From NCBI GenBank assembly GCA_963712585.1, contig CAVQIH010000007.1:8227-72226 (forward strand): a stretch of DNA of 64,000 nt. Reading direction: 5' to 3'. The translations under genes and the position numbers were made by a program. Numbering within the stretch: the first letter of the stretch is position 1; each line of letters begins with the position of its first letter. The notes under the pieces are model-generated. The model did not search any database, had not been told where the DNA came from, and worked only from the letters and a program-made list of their open reading frames with translations. This document shows positions 1 to 10,724 of this stretch, piece by piece. The stretch is from an uncultured Chloroflexia bacterium (lineage in GTDB: Bacteria; Chloroflexota; Limnocylindria; Limnocylindrales; CSP1-4).

Positions 1-151
1 CCGTGGCGTTCGTGCCGCCGGGCGAGCCGGCAGCTCGACCGTCTGGTCCGGTGGGCCCCGCAGATAGGCCGACCCAGACCAGCGTGACCACCACACCGGC
101 CACGACCACCATGGCGGCGAGAGCGGGAATGGCGGGGATTCGGCGCTGCAG
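1..151 (-). CDS. partial (runs off window) membrane-anchored hypothetical protein, N-terminus
   Basis: AGAGGAG RBS, then (L)QRRIPAIPALAAMVVVAGVVVTLVWVGLSAG, a hydrophobic N-terminal helix. Start uncertain (CTG 151 or ATG 112). Confidence 0.4.
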   Translation of the reverse strand, partial: MQRRIPAIPALAAMVVVAGVVVTLVWVGLSAGPTGPDGRAAGSPGGTNAT

Positions 152-198
152 CGGACGCTCCTCTGTTGGGCAGCTGGTGCGGCGCGATCGTAGCCGGA

Positions 199-840
199 TC
201 AGGCGCTCGGCGGGTGCCCCTGGTCCGGCGGGCGCCCCCGATGCGGGTTCCCGCGCTTCCTGGTGGCGCCGCGTCCGGGGCGCCATCGCTCGGCTGATCG
301 AGCAGCTTCGGCGTCCGCGCTCGGGTCCGCCTGCCAAGGCGAACCTGGCGGCGACCCCGGGCTGGCCGGCGGCCGATGACCGGGCGGGCGCGCGATGGAG
401 CCCGAGGCCTGAGTCGGGCGACCCATCGACGGGGCACGGAGTCGCTGGCGCTCGAATTGGTCGATCAGCCAGGCGTTGCGGGCGGTCCGGGCGCCGAGCC
501 GATGAAGCCGAGCCGCCAGCGCGCCGTCGTCGGTCACCGCGAGCGTCGCGTCTGGGTCGTCGGCGGCCATCTCGACGAGGACGTCGTCGGCCGACCGCCG
601 GCCGGCGTGTCGGACGTCAACGCCCGAGGCGATCCGTCGGACGCCCAGGCCGGTTTCGGGAGGTCCGTCGAGCACCACGACAACCCGTACCTGCGGCTCC
701 ACGGCAGCGCGAAGGCGGCTGATGAGCGCGGTCGGCGCCACGACGGCATCGCCCCGACGGACGAGCTGGTGGAGCAGGTTGGTCCCGTCGACCAGCAGGC
801 GGGTCACGCCTTCGAGCGGGTCTCGACCCCGCCGGCTCAC
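199..840 (-). CDS. NYN (YacP-like) domain ribonuclease family protein
   Basis: LLVDGTNLL, VVLDG, SADDVL and VTDD acidic motifs of the PIN/NYN fold; low-complexity basic tail. Confidence 0.7.
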   Translation of the reverse strand: MSRRGRDPLEGVTRLLVDGTNLLHQLVRRGDAVVAPTALISRLRAAVEPQVRVVVVLDGPPETGLGVRRIASGVDVRHAGRRSADDVLVEMAADDPDATLAVTDDGALAARLHRLGARTARNAWLIDQFERQRLRAPSMGRPTQASGSIARPPGHRPPASPGSPPGSPWQADPSADAEAARSAERWRPGRGATRKRGNPHRGRPPDQGHPPSA

Positions 841-893
841 GGACGACCGCCGACGCTCGGACGGCGCCCGGCTCGGTCCGCTAGGCTTTCTGG

Positions 894-1739
894 GTGCTCC
901 TCCTCGTCGATCTCGACGGCGTCGTCTATCGCGGCGTCACGCCGATCCCAGGGGTTGCCGCGGTCCTCGCCCGTCGCGCCGCGGCGGGAGACGACATCGT
1001 CTACGTCACCAACAACTCGATGTTCCACCGGACCGATTATGTGGCCCGGCTGCGGGGAATGGGTGCGCCGGCCGATGCGGAGCACGTCGTCAGCTCGCCG
1101 CGCGCAGCCGCCCTCTACCTCGCCGCCCTGGAACCGCCGGTCCGGCGCGTCCTCGCCGTCGGAGCCAGCGGCCTGCAACGTGAGCTCGTTGACGCCGGTT
1201 TCGAGGTCGTTCCGGTCGGGGAGGCGGCAGCCAGGGCCGAGCGAGAGGGTCTCAACGGCTTCGAGGCCGCTGGTCGGCCGGACGCGGTCGTCGTTGGCCT
1301 CGATCCGCTGTTCACCTACCGGCGCCTGTGGGTGGCCGCCGATGCTGTCCGGGCCGGGGCACGCCTGGTGGCCACCAACCGCGACCCGGTCTACCCCTTC
1401 GAGCACGGAGTCCAGCCGGGGAGTGGAGCGGTCGTGGCGGCGATCCAGGCTACGACGGAGGCGTCCGTGGTCTCCCTGGGCAAGCCCGAGCCGCTGCTGT
1501 TGGAGATGGCGGCGCGCTCGGTGGGGGCCGTGGCGAGCGAAGCGATCGTGATCGGTGACGGGCTGCTCACCGACCTGGCGGCCGCCCACGCAGTCGGCGC
1601 GCGCTGTCTCTTCATGCTGACCGGGGTCACGACTCGCGCGCAGCTGGAGGCACTGCCGCCGGAACTGGCGCCGGCCTGGGTGGCCACCGACGCCACCGAG
1701 CTCGAGGCGATCCTCGAGGGGCTGGCCGCGACCGTCTGA
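894..1739 (+). CDS. HAD-IIA family hydrolase (NagD-like phosphatase)
   Basis: DLDGVVY motif I, YVTNNS, ATNRD, GKPEP, IGDGLLTD. Confidence 0.9.
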   Translation: MLLLVDLDGVVYRGVTPIPGVAAVLARRAAAGDDIVYVTNNSMFHRTDYVARLRGMGAPADAEHVVSSPRAAALYLAALEPPVRRVLAVGASGLQRELVDAGFEVVPVGEAAARAEREGLNGFEAAGRPDAVVVGLDPLFTYRRLWVAADAVRAGARLVATNRDPVYPFEHGVQPGSGAVVAAIQATTEASVVSLGKPEPLLLEMAARSVGAVASEAIVIGDGLLTDLAAAHAVGARCLFMLTGVTTRAQLEALPPELAPAWVATDATELEAILEGLAATV

Positions 1740-1804
1740 CCGCGCGGGTCTGACCCTCCGCGGGAGTCTCCAACGGCACCTCCCGGGGCCGAATCGTTCC
1801 TTCT

Positions 1805-2010
1805 CTTGCACCCCGTGCAAGGATGCGATCCACCGTGCGCCGGGTGCACACAACGGCGCGGGGACGCGAAAGCCGTCGTGGTCCTTGCACCCCGTGCAAA
1901 GTCCGGAACCGATCGAGCGAGGCTGTCGCGTGGTTTGCACGGGCCGCAAGAGTGTGCGCAGTCGGGGCCGGTGACGTCCCTCGGGCGGTCCGTTGTATGC
2001 ACGGGTCGCA
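1805..2010. repeat. cluster of short palindromic REP-like units (TTGCACCCCGTGCAA and variants)
   Basis: CTTGCACCCCGTGCAAG 1805-1821; GTGCGCCGGGTGCAC ~1835; TTGCACCCCGTGCAA 1885-1899; TTTGCACGGG 1934-1943 (inverse of 1891-1900); TGCACGGGTCGCA 1998-2010; lies between convergent genes. Confidence 0.6.
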
Positions 2011-2056
2011 CGGTGGGCGGCCCACGGGAGCGAGCGACGGCGCGGCCGAGGCGAGT

Positions 2057-3185
2057 TCAGCCGCAATTCGGGGATGCCCGCTGCCCAGGCGTCGAACTCC
2101 GCCCGCACGGCGGCCAGCACGGTGAGGTCGGCGAAGGCGACGTCCACGGCGTGTCGGTCGATTGCCCAGAGCTCCCGGAGCGACAGTCCGATCTCTTGGA
2201 CTGCCCGCTCGTACTCCTCCGACAGGGTGACGTCCGAGACCGTCAGGTCATCGGTGCTCAGGGTGACCGGCACGCCCAGGCGATGGAGGCGAGCCAGCGG
2301 GTGCGCGGCGACCGAGGGGACGATCGAGGCCTGGGCGTTGCTCGTCGGACAGAGGTCGAGGGTGATGTCCCGCCGGATGAGCTCGGCGCAAAGGCTCGGG
2401 TCGTCGACCGCGCCCGGGCCGTGGGCGATCCGTTCTGGCTCGAGGCCCAGGGCGGCCCGGACCTGCGCGGCGCCACCCCACTCCCCGGCGTGGAGGGTGA
2501 CCCGCAGGCCGCCTCCTCGGGCAGCTTCGAAGGCACGCCGATGGAGGAGGGGATCGGGGAAGCGCTGCTCCGGACCGGCCAGGTCGAAGCCGGTCAGGCC
2601 GGCGTCTCGGAAACGAGCCGCGGTCTCGGCCACGGTCACGTTCGACTCGGGATCGTGCGAGCGCATCGCGGTGCAGATGAGCCGGATCGTTGCCCCGGTC
2701 CGAGTCGACGCCTCTGATGCGCCGCGACAGACCGCCGCGATGCCTTCCCCGAGGGAGAGGCCGCGAACCGTGTGGAGTGCCGGCGCCCAGCGGATCTCGG
2801 CGTAGCGGACTCGATCGGCCGCCTTGGCCTCGACGAGCTCGCGGGTGATGCGTTCGAGCGCGTCGGCGTCCTGCATGAGCGCGACCGGAAGGTCGAAGGC
2901 GCGGAGGAGCTCGGCCTGGTCGGCGGCGACGGGCGGGGCGACCAGCGCGGCGGTCATCCCGGCGTAGTCGCTGGGGGCGTCGATCCCGCGGGTCCGGGCC
3001 AACTCGAGGGCGGTCTCGGGCCGCAATGAGCCGTCGAGGTGAAGGTGGAGCTCGGCCTTGGGCATCGCCTGGAGGAGACGCCGCAGGGCCGGCCCTGGAA
3101 GTCGTGGCCGTCGACGAGCCGAGGCGTCCCGCCCCAATCGTCCGGAGGCGCCGGACGCCGTCGCCGCATCGGAGGAACCCTGCAT
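2057..3185 (-). CDS. add: adenosine deaminase (true stop probably lost by an indel near 2060)
   Basis: PKAELHLHLDGS, GFDLAGPE, TLHAGE, RIAHG, CPTSN, STDD motifs. Homology ends ~2070; an out-of-frame TGA lies at 2057-2059. Confidence 0.85.
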
Positions 3186-3207
3186 ATGGCGATGCTACGC
3201 TGACCCC

Positions 3208-4158
3208 ATGTCGACGGTCTTGGTCACGGGGGCGAGCGGCTTCGTCGGCAGCTACGTCGTACCGGAATTGGTGCGCGCCGGGCACCAGGTGGTGGCGCTG
3301 GTCCGCGATCACGCGGCAGGCCAGGCGGTGATGATCCGGCTGGTGGCGGATGCGCGGCCGATGGTGGAGCTTCGGACCGGGGACGTGACGCGGCCCGAGA
3401 GCCTGCCGGCGGCGCTGGTCGGGGTCGATGTCGTCGTGCACCTGGCGGCAATTCCACGCGACCGGAACGGTGGCCGCGACCTGATGCGAGTCAACCTCGG
3501 GGGCACGCAGCACATCGCCGATGCGGCGAAGGCTGCCGGGGTCGAGCGGTTCATCCATCTGGGCGCCCTCGGAGTTGCGGACGACCCGCGCCTCCACTAC
3601 GCCAGCTCCAAGGCGAAGGCCGAGACGTACGTTGCAGTCAGCGGCCTGGCCTGGACGGTCCTGAAGCCGTCGCTCCTGTGGGGCCCGCGAGACGGCTTCT
3701 TCAACATCATCGCCAACCTGGTCAGGATCTCGCCGGGGGTGGTGCCGGTGCCGGGGAACGGGAAGAGCCGTTTCCAGCCCCTGGCCGCCACCGACCTCGC
3801 CACCTGCCTCCGGCTGACGCTGGAGCGACCTGAGACGATCGGCCGCGTCTACGAGCTCGGCGGACCGCGTTACTGGACCTACCGCGAGATCACCATGGAG
3901 GTCCTGCGCGGCATGGGCCGGCGACGTCTCATCGTCCCGATACCGGTTCCCCTCATCCGGCTCGTGGCCGGCACCGCCGACGCGGTTCGGCTGCCATTCC
4001 CCGTCGCCACCGACCAGCTCCGCCAGCTCAGGCTCGACAACGTCGGGCCGCTCGATGCGACCAGGGTTGCCTTCGGCTTCGAGCCCGCCGGAATGGAGGG
4101 TCGGCTGGCGTACCTGAAGCATCGCAAGCGGGACCAGGACCCCGCTCGTCGCCCGTGA
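3208..4158 (+). CDS. NAD-dependent epimerase/dehydratase (complex I NDUFA9-like SDR)
   Basis: VTGASGFVG Rossmann motif, YASSK catalytic motif, FQPL, YELGGP. Confidence 0.85.
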   Translation: MSTVLVTGASGFVGSYVVPELVRAGHQVVALVRDHAAGQAVMIRLVADARPMVELRTGDVTRPESLPAALVGVDVVVHLAAIPRDRNGGRDLMRVNLGGTQHIADAAKAAGVERFIHLGALGVADDPRLHYASSKAKAETYVAVSGLAWTVLKPSLLWGPRDGFFNIIANLVRISPGVVPVPGNGKSRFQPLAATDLATCLRLTLERPETIGRVYELGGPRYWTYREITMEVLRGMGRRRLIVPIPVPLIRLVAGTADAVRLPFPVATDQLRQLRLDNVGPLDATRVAFGFEPAGMEGRLAYLKHRKRDQDPARRP

Positions 4159-5285
4159 GCAGGAAACGGCCGAGGCCGCCCGGCGGCAAGGAGGCGGAGG
4201 TCGCGCCGCCCTCAGATGGCCTCGCTCAGCCCGACTCGGCGACGAACCAGCCCTCGCACGCCGACGCCGGGCCCGAGCCGGCAGGTTCATCCTCCCAACC
4301 GTCCCTCCAGCCGCCGCGCGCCCGACCGCGCCGGCGGAGGATCAACCTTCGTCCCATCGCATTGCGGGCGGCCTCCGCGGTGGGTTGGCTGGGACTGGCG
4401 GTCGTGCTGTCGGTCGGCGTCGCCGGACTGACGGCCGGCGCGAGCCACCTGCCTGGTTCCGGCGACCGAGCCGAGCTGACCTGGGATGGCGATCAGGCCA
4501 TCGCGCCGACCCTCGACGACGCAGCCGCCCGGCTGGGCGAGCTCACGAGAATGGTCGATCGCCTGGGCGAGCTCGGGCGCTCCGCACTAGCCGACCTGGT
4601 GGCCTCGAACACCCAGGGCATGGCCGACGCGATCATCTCGGGCCAGAGCCTGCTCGACGACATCGAGTCGAACGCGACCGCCATCCAGGCCGAGCTCGCC
4701 GGGCTTCCGGGCACGGGAGCCACCCGCGAGATCTGGCTGTCGTCACGGACGATCACCCGTTACGAGCGGATGACGGCCGCCCCGGGGATGATTCTCGGCC
4801 TCCGAGATGCCTGGGAGCGGCTGTCCGCCGGGAGCGTGCCGGCCACCCGGCTGATCGGCTTCCTGCAGGCCCACGACGCCTCGGCGGCCGCGGCCGCTCA
4901 AGCCGGCAGCCAGGGGCTGTACGCAGTGGCGCTCGTCTACGTGTCGATGGCCAAGGACGCGCTGACGTCGGCGAACGGGGTCAGGGACACCCTGTCGAGC
5001 ACCGTGGACGTGGCCGTGCTCGCTGAATGGATCGCCCGCAACAGCGCCCTTGACGGCGCCCTCGAGAAGCTCTACACAGCCCTGCACGAGTCCGGCGGCC
5101 AGGTCAACGACGCGGTGCGGGCCGCCTTCGCCGAGAGCCAGACCGCCCAGGAGCACCTGCCACCGGACACCCGGGCGATGGTGGCGATCCTGGGCGACAT
5201 CGCCCGCGGCGGCTTGAACCAGGCGGTGATCGCCGTCGAGGTGGCGCGCGGGCGGCTCGCCACGGCGACCGCGGCGCTAGACTAG
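4155..5285 (+). CDS. hypothetical membrane-anchored helical protein
   Basis: Long ORF with GTGA overlap to the upstream stop, one N-terminal TM segment, Ala-rich helical body. Confidence 0.65.
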   Translation: MSRKRPRPPGGKEAEVAPPSDGLAQPDSATNQPSHADAGPEPAGSSSQPSLQPPRARPRRRRINLRPIALRAASAVGWLGLAVVLSVGVAGLTAGASHLPGSGDRAELTWDGDQAIAPTLDDAAARLGELTRMVDRLGELGRSALADLVASNTQGMADAIISGQSLLDDIESNATAIQAELAGLPGTGATREIWLSSRTITRYERMTAAPGMILGLRDAWERLSAGSVPATRLIGFLQAHDASAAAAAQAGSQGLYAVALVYVSMAKDALTSANGVRDTLSSTVDVAVLAEWIARNSALDGALEKLYTALHESGGQVNDAVRAAFAESQTAQEHLPPDTRAMVAILGDIARGGLNQAVIAVEVARGRLATATAALD

Positions 5286-5355
5286 CCGGGCCGACGCCGG
5301 GGGGACAGGGCACCCCACAGTGGCGTCAGGAGTCCCGCGAAGGAGTCCGAGCCCG

Positions 5356-6861
5356 ATGCAGCTGCGTGTCGTCGCCGATCAGCCGTGGGAGGTCGCGACC
5401 GACCTCCTTGCCATCCCGATCCTGGGGTCCCCGGCCTGGGACGGTCCGTTGGGCGAGCTCGATCGCCGCAGCGGGGGCGAGCTGCGAGCGCTCCATGCCT
5501 TCGGCGAGCTCTCGGCGAAGCGTTTTGACAGCGCGATCGTGGCGAGCGGCGACCTGCCGGTCGGCCGTGTCCTGGCGATCGGCGCTGGCGAGCCCGATGC
5601 GCTCGACCGGCAGGCGGTGGTCCGCCTCGGCGCGGCGATCGAGCGACGGCTGGCTGGCCGCTCCGTCCGCCGGCTCGCGATCTGGCTCGGCGACCTGCCC
5701 GCTCACCTCGCCGGCGAGGCGCCGGCCGTGGCCGAGCTCCTGGCCCGAGGGGTCGTCGAAGGGACGTTCGAGCCACAGGCGATCTACCGGTCGGCCGTCG
5801 AGGCGGCCCCTCCCGAGCTCGAGGAGCTCGTCATCGTCGCGCCGGGCGGCGACGCCACGGGGCTCGCCGCAGCCGTGGAGCGCGGTCGGATCGTGGGCGA
5901 GGGCGCCAACGTCGCCCGCCGGCTCTCGAACCGGGCAGCCAACGACGTCAGCCCGCAGATCCTGGCCGACGAGGCACGGGCGATCGCGGAGGCCAACGAC
6001 CTGGCCATCGACGTCGTGGAGCCGGAGCGGGCCGCCGAGCTCGGGATGGGGATGTTCCTGGCCGTGGGACGCGGCAGCGCGAACCCGCCGCGGATGATCG
6101 TCATGCGCTCGGGCCCCGAGGGCGCCACGGACGCCAGGGGACGGCTGTTGGCGATGGTCGGCAAGGGCGTCTGCTTCGATTCGGGAGGCATCAGCATCAA
6201 GCCAGCCGATCGGATGGAAGAGATGAAGATGGACAAGATCGGGGCGTGCACCGTCATCGCCGCGATCGGGACCGTTGCCAAGCTCGCCCCGGGCTTGCCG
6301 CTCCTGGCGGTCGCGCCGGCGGTCGAGAACATGCCCGGCCCGCACTCGACCCGTCCGGGCGACATCGTCCGGGCCATGAACGGCAAGACCGTCGACATCA
6401 CGAATACCGATGCCGAGGGACGGCTCATCCTGGGCGACGCGCTCACCTACGCCGAGCAGCTGGGGGCGACCCATCTCGTCGACGTGGCAACGCTCACTGG
6501 GGCCGTCGAGCGGATGCTCGGCAAGCTCGTGACGGGGGCTTTCGGCACGCCCCAGCCCTGGTACGACGAAGTCATGGCCGCCGCTGAGCTCGCCGGTGAG
6601 CGCTATTGGCAGATCCCGCTCGTGGACGAGTATGTCCCGGACATGGAGAGCTGGTACGCGGACCTGCGGAACTCCGGCAGCGCGGACGCGTCGCTCGTCA
6701 AGAGCGGGCTCTTCATCCGCGAGTTCGTGACGCGTCCCTGGGCCCACCTCGACATCGGAGGCTCCGGTTACACGCGCAAGGCCACTGCCTATGCGGCCCG
6801 CGGGGCTACGGGCGTTACCCACGCCACCCTCGTCGAGCTCGCCCTGGCGGGCGGGCGCTAG
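5356..6861 (+). CDS. pepA: leucyl aminopeptidase (M17)
   Basis: VGKGVCFDSGGISIK, MKMD, ENMP, NTDAEGRL, DVATLTGA, WAHLDI; AGGAG RBS at 5341. Confidence 0.93.
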   Translation: MQLRVVADQPWEVATDLLAIPILGSPAWDGPLGELDRRSGGELRALHAFGELSAKRFDSAIVASGDLPVGRVLAIGAGEPDALDRQAVVRLGAAIERRLAGRSVRRLAIWLGDLPAHLAGEAPAVAELLARGVVEGTFEPQAIYRSAVEAAPPELEELVIVAPGGDATGLAAAVERGRIVGEGANVARRLSNRAANDVSPQILADEARAIAEANDLAIDVVEPERAAELGMGMFLAVGRGSANPPRMIVMRSGPEGATDARGRLLAMVGKGVCFDSGGISIKPADRMEEMKMDKIGACTVIAAIGTVAKLAPGLPLLAVAPAVENMPGPHSTRPGDIVRAMNGKTVDITNTDAEGRLILGDALTYAEQLGATHLVDVATLTGAVERMLGKLVTGAFGTPQPWYDEVMAAAELAGERYWQIPLVDEYVPDMESWYADLRNSGSADASLVKSGLFIREFVTRPWAHLDIGGSGYTRKATAYAARGATGVTHATLVELALAGGR

Positions 6862-6911
6862 CCCGCTCTGCGCCTCCCGAGCCGCGTCCCGCCGCCGGCC
6901 CCGACCCGCCG

Positions 6912-7571
6912 ATGGATCTCTCGGGCACGATCTTCGGGCTGGACCCGGCGGCTCTTGCCTTCGGGGCCGGCGGCCTCGTCTGGGGCCTGATCTCGGACCG
7001 CGTCGCAGCGCGGTGGCCCCTCCACGAGGATGGCCGCACTCGCCGGCTCGATTGGCGCACGCCGGTCGTGGCGGTCGTCGCCGCGCTCGCCTTCGCCGCC
7101 CTGCCGGGCCGCTTCGACCAGCCGACGCCGCTGGCCATCTTCAGCGGCTACTTCGTGGTCCTCACGCTCCTCTTCGCGACCGACCTTGACCAGCGCCTCT
7201 TGCCAGACCTGCTGACGCTGCCGCTCATCCCGCTGGCGGCGCTGCTGCTCCTTTCGGGCCTCAATCCCCTCGTCCTCGGGCGCGAAGCCGGGGCGGTCGC
7301 CGCGGCGTTCGTCGTCCCCGCCTGCCTCTTCGTGTTCTCGATCCCCTTCGGCAAGGGTGCCATCGGGGCCGGCGACCTCAAGCTGCTCGTCAGCGTGGGC
7401 CTGGTGTCGGGTCTCTTGCGCGCTGCGGTCGGGGTCGTGGTCGGGGTCCTGGTCGCCGGGGTCGTGATCCTGGCGCTCGTGGTCCTCCGCCGGATCACCC
7501 TGCACAGCTACGTCCCGTATGGGCCCTTCTTGATCATCGGGGCGTTCTGGGCGGTCATCGTCGGCCTCTGA
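6912..7571 (+). CDS. prepilin peptidase (A24 family)
   Basis: Multi-TM; TDLDQRLLPD and IGAGDLKL aspartate motifs; VPYGPFL C-terminal motif. Confidence 0.85.
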   Translation: MDLSGTIFGLDPAALAFGAGGLVWGLISDRVAARWPLHEDGRTRRLDWRTPVVAVVAALAFAALPGRFDQPTPLAIFSGYFVVLTLLFATDLDQRLLPDLLTLPLIPLAALLLLSGLNPLVLGREAGAVAAAFVVPACLFVFSIPFGKGAIGAGDLKLLVSVGLVSGLLRAAVGVVVGVLVAGVVILALVVLRRITLHSYVPYGPFLIIGAFWAVIVGL

Positions 7572-7621
7572 GCCTCGGATCTCCGAGCGACTCCCAGCTC
7601 AACGCGGGGCGCGGCCTCCCC

Positions 7622-7663
7622 TTGTGCACGGGGTGTGGACGACCGGAGCTATAGTTATCCACA
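7622..7663 (+). promoter_or_regulatory. DnaA-box cluster overlapping a TATAGT -10 element upstream of the M23 peptidase gene
   Basis: Perfect TTATCCACA 7655-7663; TGTGGACGA 7634-7642 (reverse TCGTCCACA); TTGTGCACG 7622-7630; TATAGT 7650-7655. Confidence 0.55.
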
Positions 7664-7784
7664 GCCGGGGTCGTCCTGAGGTCGTGCCCAGCTGACGGAC
7701 GCGCTTCACCGGCGAGCACAACCGCGGCCGCGTCCTCGGAGGGCGGCGCCGAACGGAGCCAGCTCGCACGATGTCGACGTCAGC

Positions 7785-9153
7785 GTGATCTCCCCAGAGC
7801 CGACGGGCCCCGGGCACCAGAAGCCTCGCCCGCGGACCGGCTCGCGCGTCTTCCGGCGCGTCGTCGCAATCGCGATTCTCATCCCGCTCTTGACGGGCCT
7901 CCTCGGTGCGCCCGTGACCAGCGGCGACGAGTTGTCCGACGCGCTCGCCCAGCAGAAGGCGCTGGCGGCCAAGATCGCGGCCGAGAAGAAGCAGGTCGCC
8001 GCCCTGCGCGAGAGGCAGGCCGGCCTGCAGGCCGACCTTGCGGCGACCAGGCAAGCGCTCAAGCAGGTCAACGCCGACCTCGCCACGGTCAAGAAGCGGA
8101 TCGCGACGATGAGCGAGCGGGTCAACGCCGCGCGGGCCCAGTACTACGACCTGGCCGCCCAGGTCGTGGAGTGGGACAAGCTGCTGGCAGGGCTGCAGGC
8201 CCAGGAGCTTGCCAAGGCCGCCGAGCTCGGCAAGCGACGGGTGCTCCTGGCCGAACGGATCCGGGCCGCCTACCTGACCGGGCAGACCTCGCTCCTCGAG
8301 ACGATCCTGTCTGCCGAGTCCTTCACCGACGTCCTCTCGGACGTCTCCTCCTACGTCGACTTCAGTGCCCAGGACAAGGCGCTCGCAGATCAGATCGAGA
8401 AGGACAAGGAGACGCTCGAGTCACTCCGGCAGTCGACCAAGGACGTCCGGGCCGAGACGCAGGAGCTGCGTGTCGAAGCGCGCGACCAGAAGATCGCCCT
8501 CGATGCCCGCCTCGACGATCTTCGCATCGCCCGCGAGGACCTCAAGAAGCTCGAGAAGGAGACGGCTCGGCAGCTGGCCATCCAGCAGAACGCCTACGCC
8601 AAGCTGGCCGCCAGCGAGAAGGACCTCAAGAGCCTGATCGCCAAGCAGCAGGCGGCCCAGGCGGCCCTCAAGCGCAAGATCGACGAGCTCGTCGCGGCCC
8701 AATTCCGCGGCGGCAACATCCCCTCGGTCTACAACGGTTCGCTGAGCTGGCCGCTGGCCGGGACGATCACCCAGGAGTTCGGCTGCACCGGCGTGATCTG
8801 GGAGCCGTCGGTCGGGAATTGCTCGCACTTCCACGACGGGATCGACATCGCTGACCCGATGTACACGCCGATCCGCGCGGCCGGCTCGGGCGTGGTCGTC
8901 TTCGCCGGCGCCAACCCCTACGACCCGTACCCGAAGGCCTGGATCGTCATCATCGCCCACTCGCAGAACCTGGTGACCTGGTACGCGCACGTCGACAATG
9001 CGACCAACCCACCGGCGGTCCATGCTGGCGACCTCGTCACGACGGGCCAGGTCATCGCCTATGTCGGGATGACCGGCCGGACGACCGGCCCGCACCTCCA
9101 CTGGGCGGTGGAGTTCGAACGACGAGTTCGTCAACCCGCGGCTCTTCGTCTGA
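7785..9153 (+). CDS. coiled-coil M23 metallopeptidase (EnvC/CwlO-like murein hydrolase), 1-bp frameshift near the end
   Basis: Signal/TM segment, long coiled coil, HDGID and HLH zinc motifs. The conserved end FVNPRLFV* resumes in another frame, with TGA at 9151-9153. Confidence 0.85.
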
Positions 9154-9300
9154 TCCTGGCGCCTGGCGGCGCGCCGGGGCCCCGAAGCGCCCGCGGCCCG
9201 GCGGAGACCAACCGACAGGCGCCTGCCGGCCCGACCGTCGATCCAGTGGTAGCATCGGCCGCAGGACCAGTCGCCCCGTGAGACGCGAAAGGATCGGCCG

Positions 9301-10710
9301 GTGAAGCGGACCCTGGCGGTGATCCTCGCCGGTGGCGAGGGCGCGCGCCTCTCCATCCTCGCTTCGCCAGCGAGCCAAGCCGGCGGTGCCGTTCGGGGGC
9401 AAGTACCGGATCATCGACTTCGCCCTGTCGAATTGCGTGAACTCGGGGATCGACAACGTCGTCGTCCTGACCCAGTACAACCCTCGCTCGCTCAACGATC
9501 ACATCGGGGTGGGCCGGCCCTGGGACCTGGACCGGACCGGGGTGGGGTGCGGCTGCTCCAGCCGTACATCGCCCGGGGGCGGGTCGCGACTGGTACCGCG
9601 GCACGGCCGACGCCGTCCTCCAGAACATGAACGTCATCGAGCAGGCCGCCGGCGGATACCGTGCTCGTGCTGGCGGGCGACCACATCTACAAGATGGACT
9701 ACCAGCCCTTCGTGAACTTCCACCGCAGCCGCCGGGCGGACGTCACGATCGCGGTCCGCCGGGTGCCACTCGCCGAGGCGAGCCGGATGGGGATCCTCGC
9801 CGTCGACGAGCACAACCGGGTCACGGAGTGGCAGGAGAAGCCCAAGCAGCCCACGAGCGACCTGGCGAGCATGGGCGTCTACGTCTTCAAGACGAGCGCC
9901 TTCCACCGCTGGCTCTCGGACGCCCGGCCGGACTTCGGCGGCGACGTCATCCCGGCCATGCTGGAGGGTGGGGCTCGCGTCTACGGCTACCGCTTCGACG
10001 GTTACTGGCAGGACGTGGGCACGATCCAGTCCTACTGGGAGGCGAACCTGGCCCTCCTTGACGAGATCCCCGAGCTCGACCTGTACGACCGCGACTGGCT
10101 CATCCACACCCGTTCGGAAGAGCGGGCGCCGGCCAAGATCGGCAAGTCCGCCCAGGTCCATCGGAGCATGGTCAGCCACGGCTGTGTCATCGAGGGCTCG
10201 GTCGTCAATTCGGTCCTCTCGCCCGGCGTGCGGGTGGACCAGGGGGCCATCGTCCGCGACTCGATCGTCATGTTCGACTCGGTCATCCGATCCGGCGCCG
10301 TCGTCGACCGCTCGATCCTGGACAAGGAGATCACCATCGGCTCCGGGGCCATCGTCGGCGACGGCCCCGATCTGAGCATTCCCAACCGCCAGGATCCGAC
10401 GGCGCTCACGACGGGCATCACGATCGTCGGCAAGGGCTCGATCGTTCCTCGGGGGACCCGGATCGGACGTAACGTGCGGATCGATCCAGGCGTGCGGACC
10501 ACCGACTTCACGTCCCGGACCGTGCCGTCGGGCTCGGTCGTCGAGCGCCGCGAGGGCACCGCTCGAGCGAAAGGCCGGATCCGAGCGGCGAGCGGTTCGG
10601 CACCCACCTCGATCCCGATCGTCCGCGAGGTCCCGATGTCGCCCATCGCGTCTACTCAGGTGCCGGCCACGGCTCCGCGCGCCGGGCGGCAGGGAGGGCG
10701 GTCAGGCTGA
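9301..10710 (+). CDS. glgC: glucose-1-phosphate adenylyltransferase (several frameshifts in the 5' part)
   Basis: [53 protein letters not shown] and C-terminal beta-helix, spread over several frames. Confidence 0.9.
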
Positions 10711-10724
10711 CGCCGCGCCACCCC

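Noticed and set aside
1805-2010. CRISPR array
   Set aside because: Units are 15-17 bp, inverted relative to each other and irregularly spaced; no cas genes in the window.
7622-7663. oriC
   Set aside because: Only one perfect DnaA box, no AT-rich unwinding element, and no dnaA/dnaN nearby.
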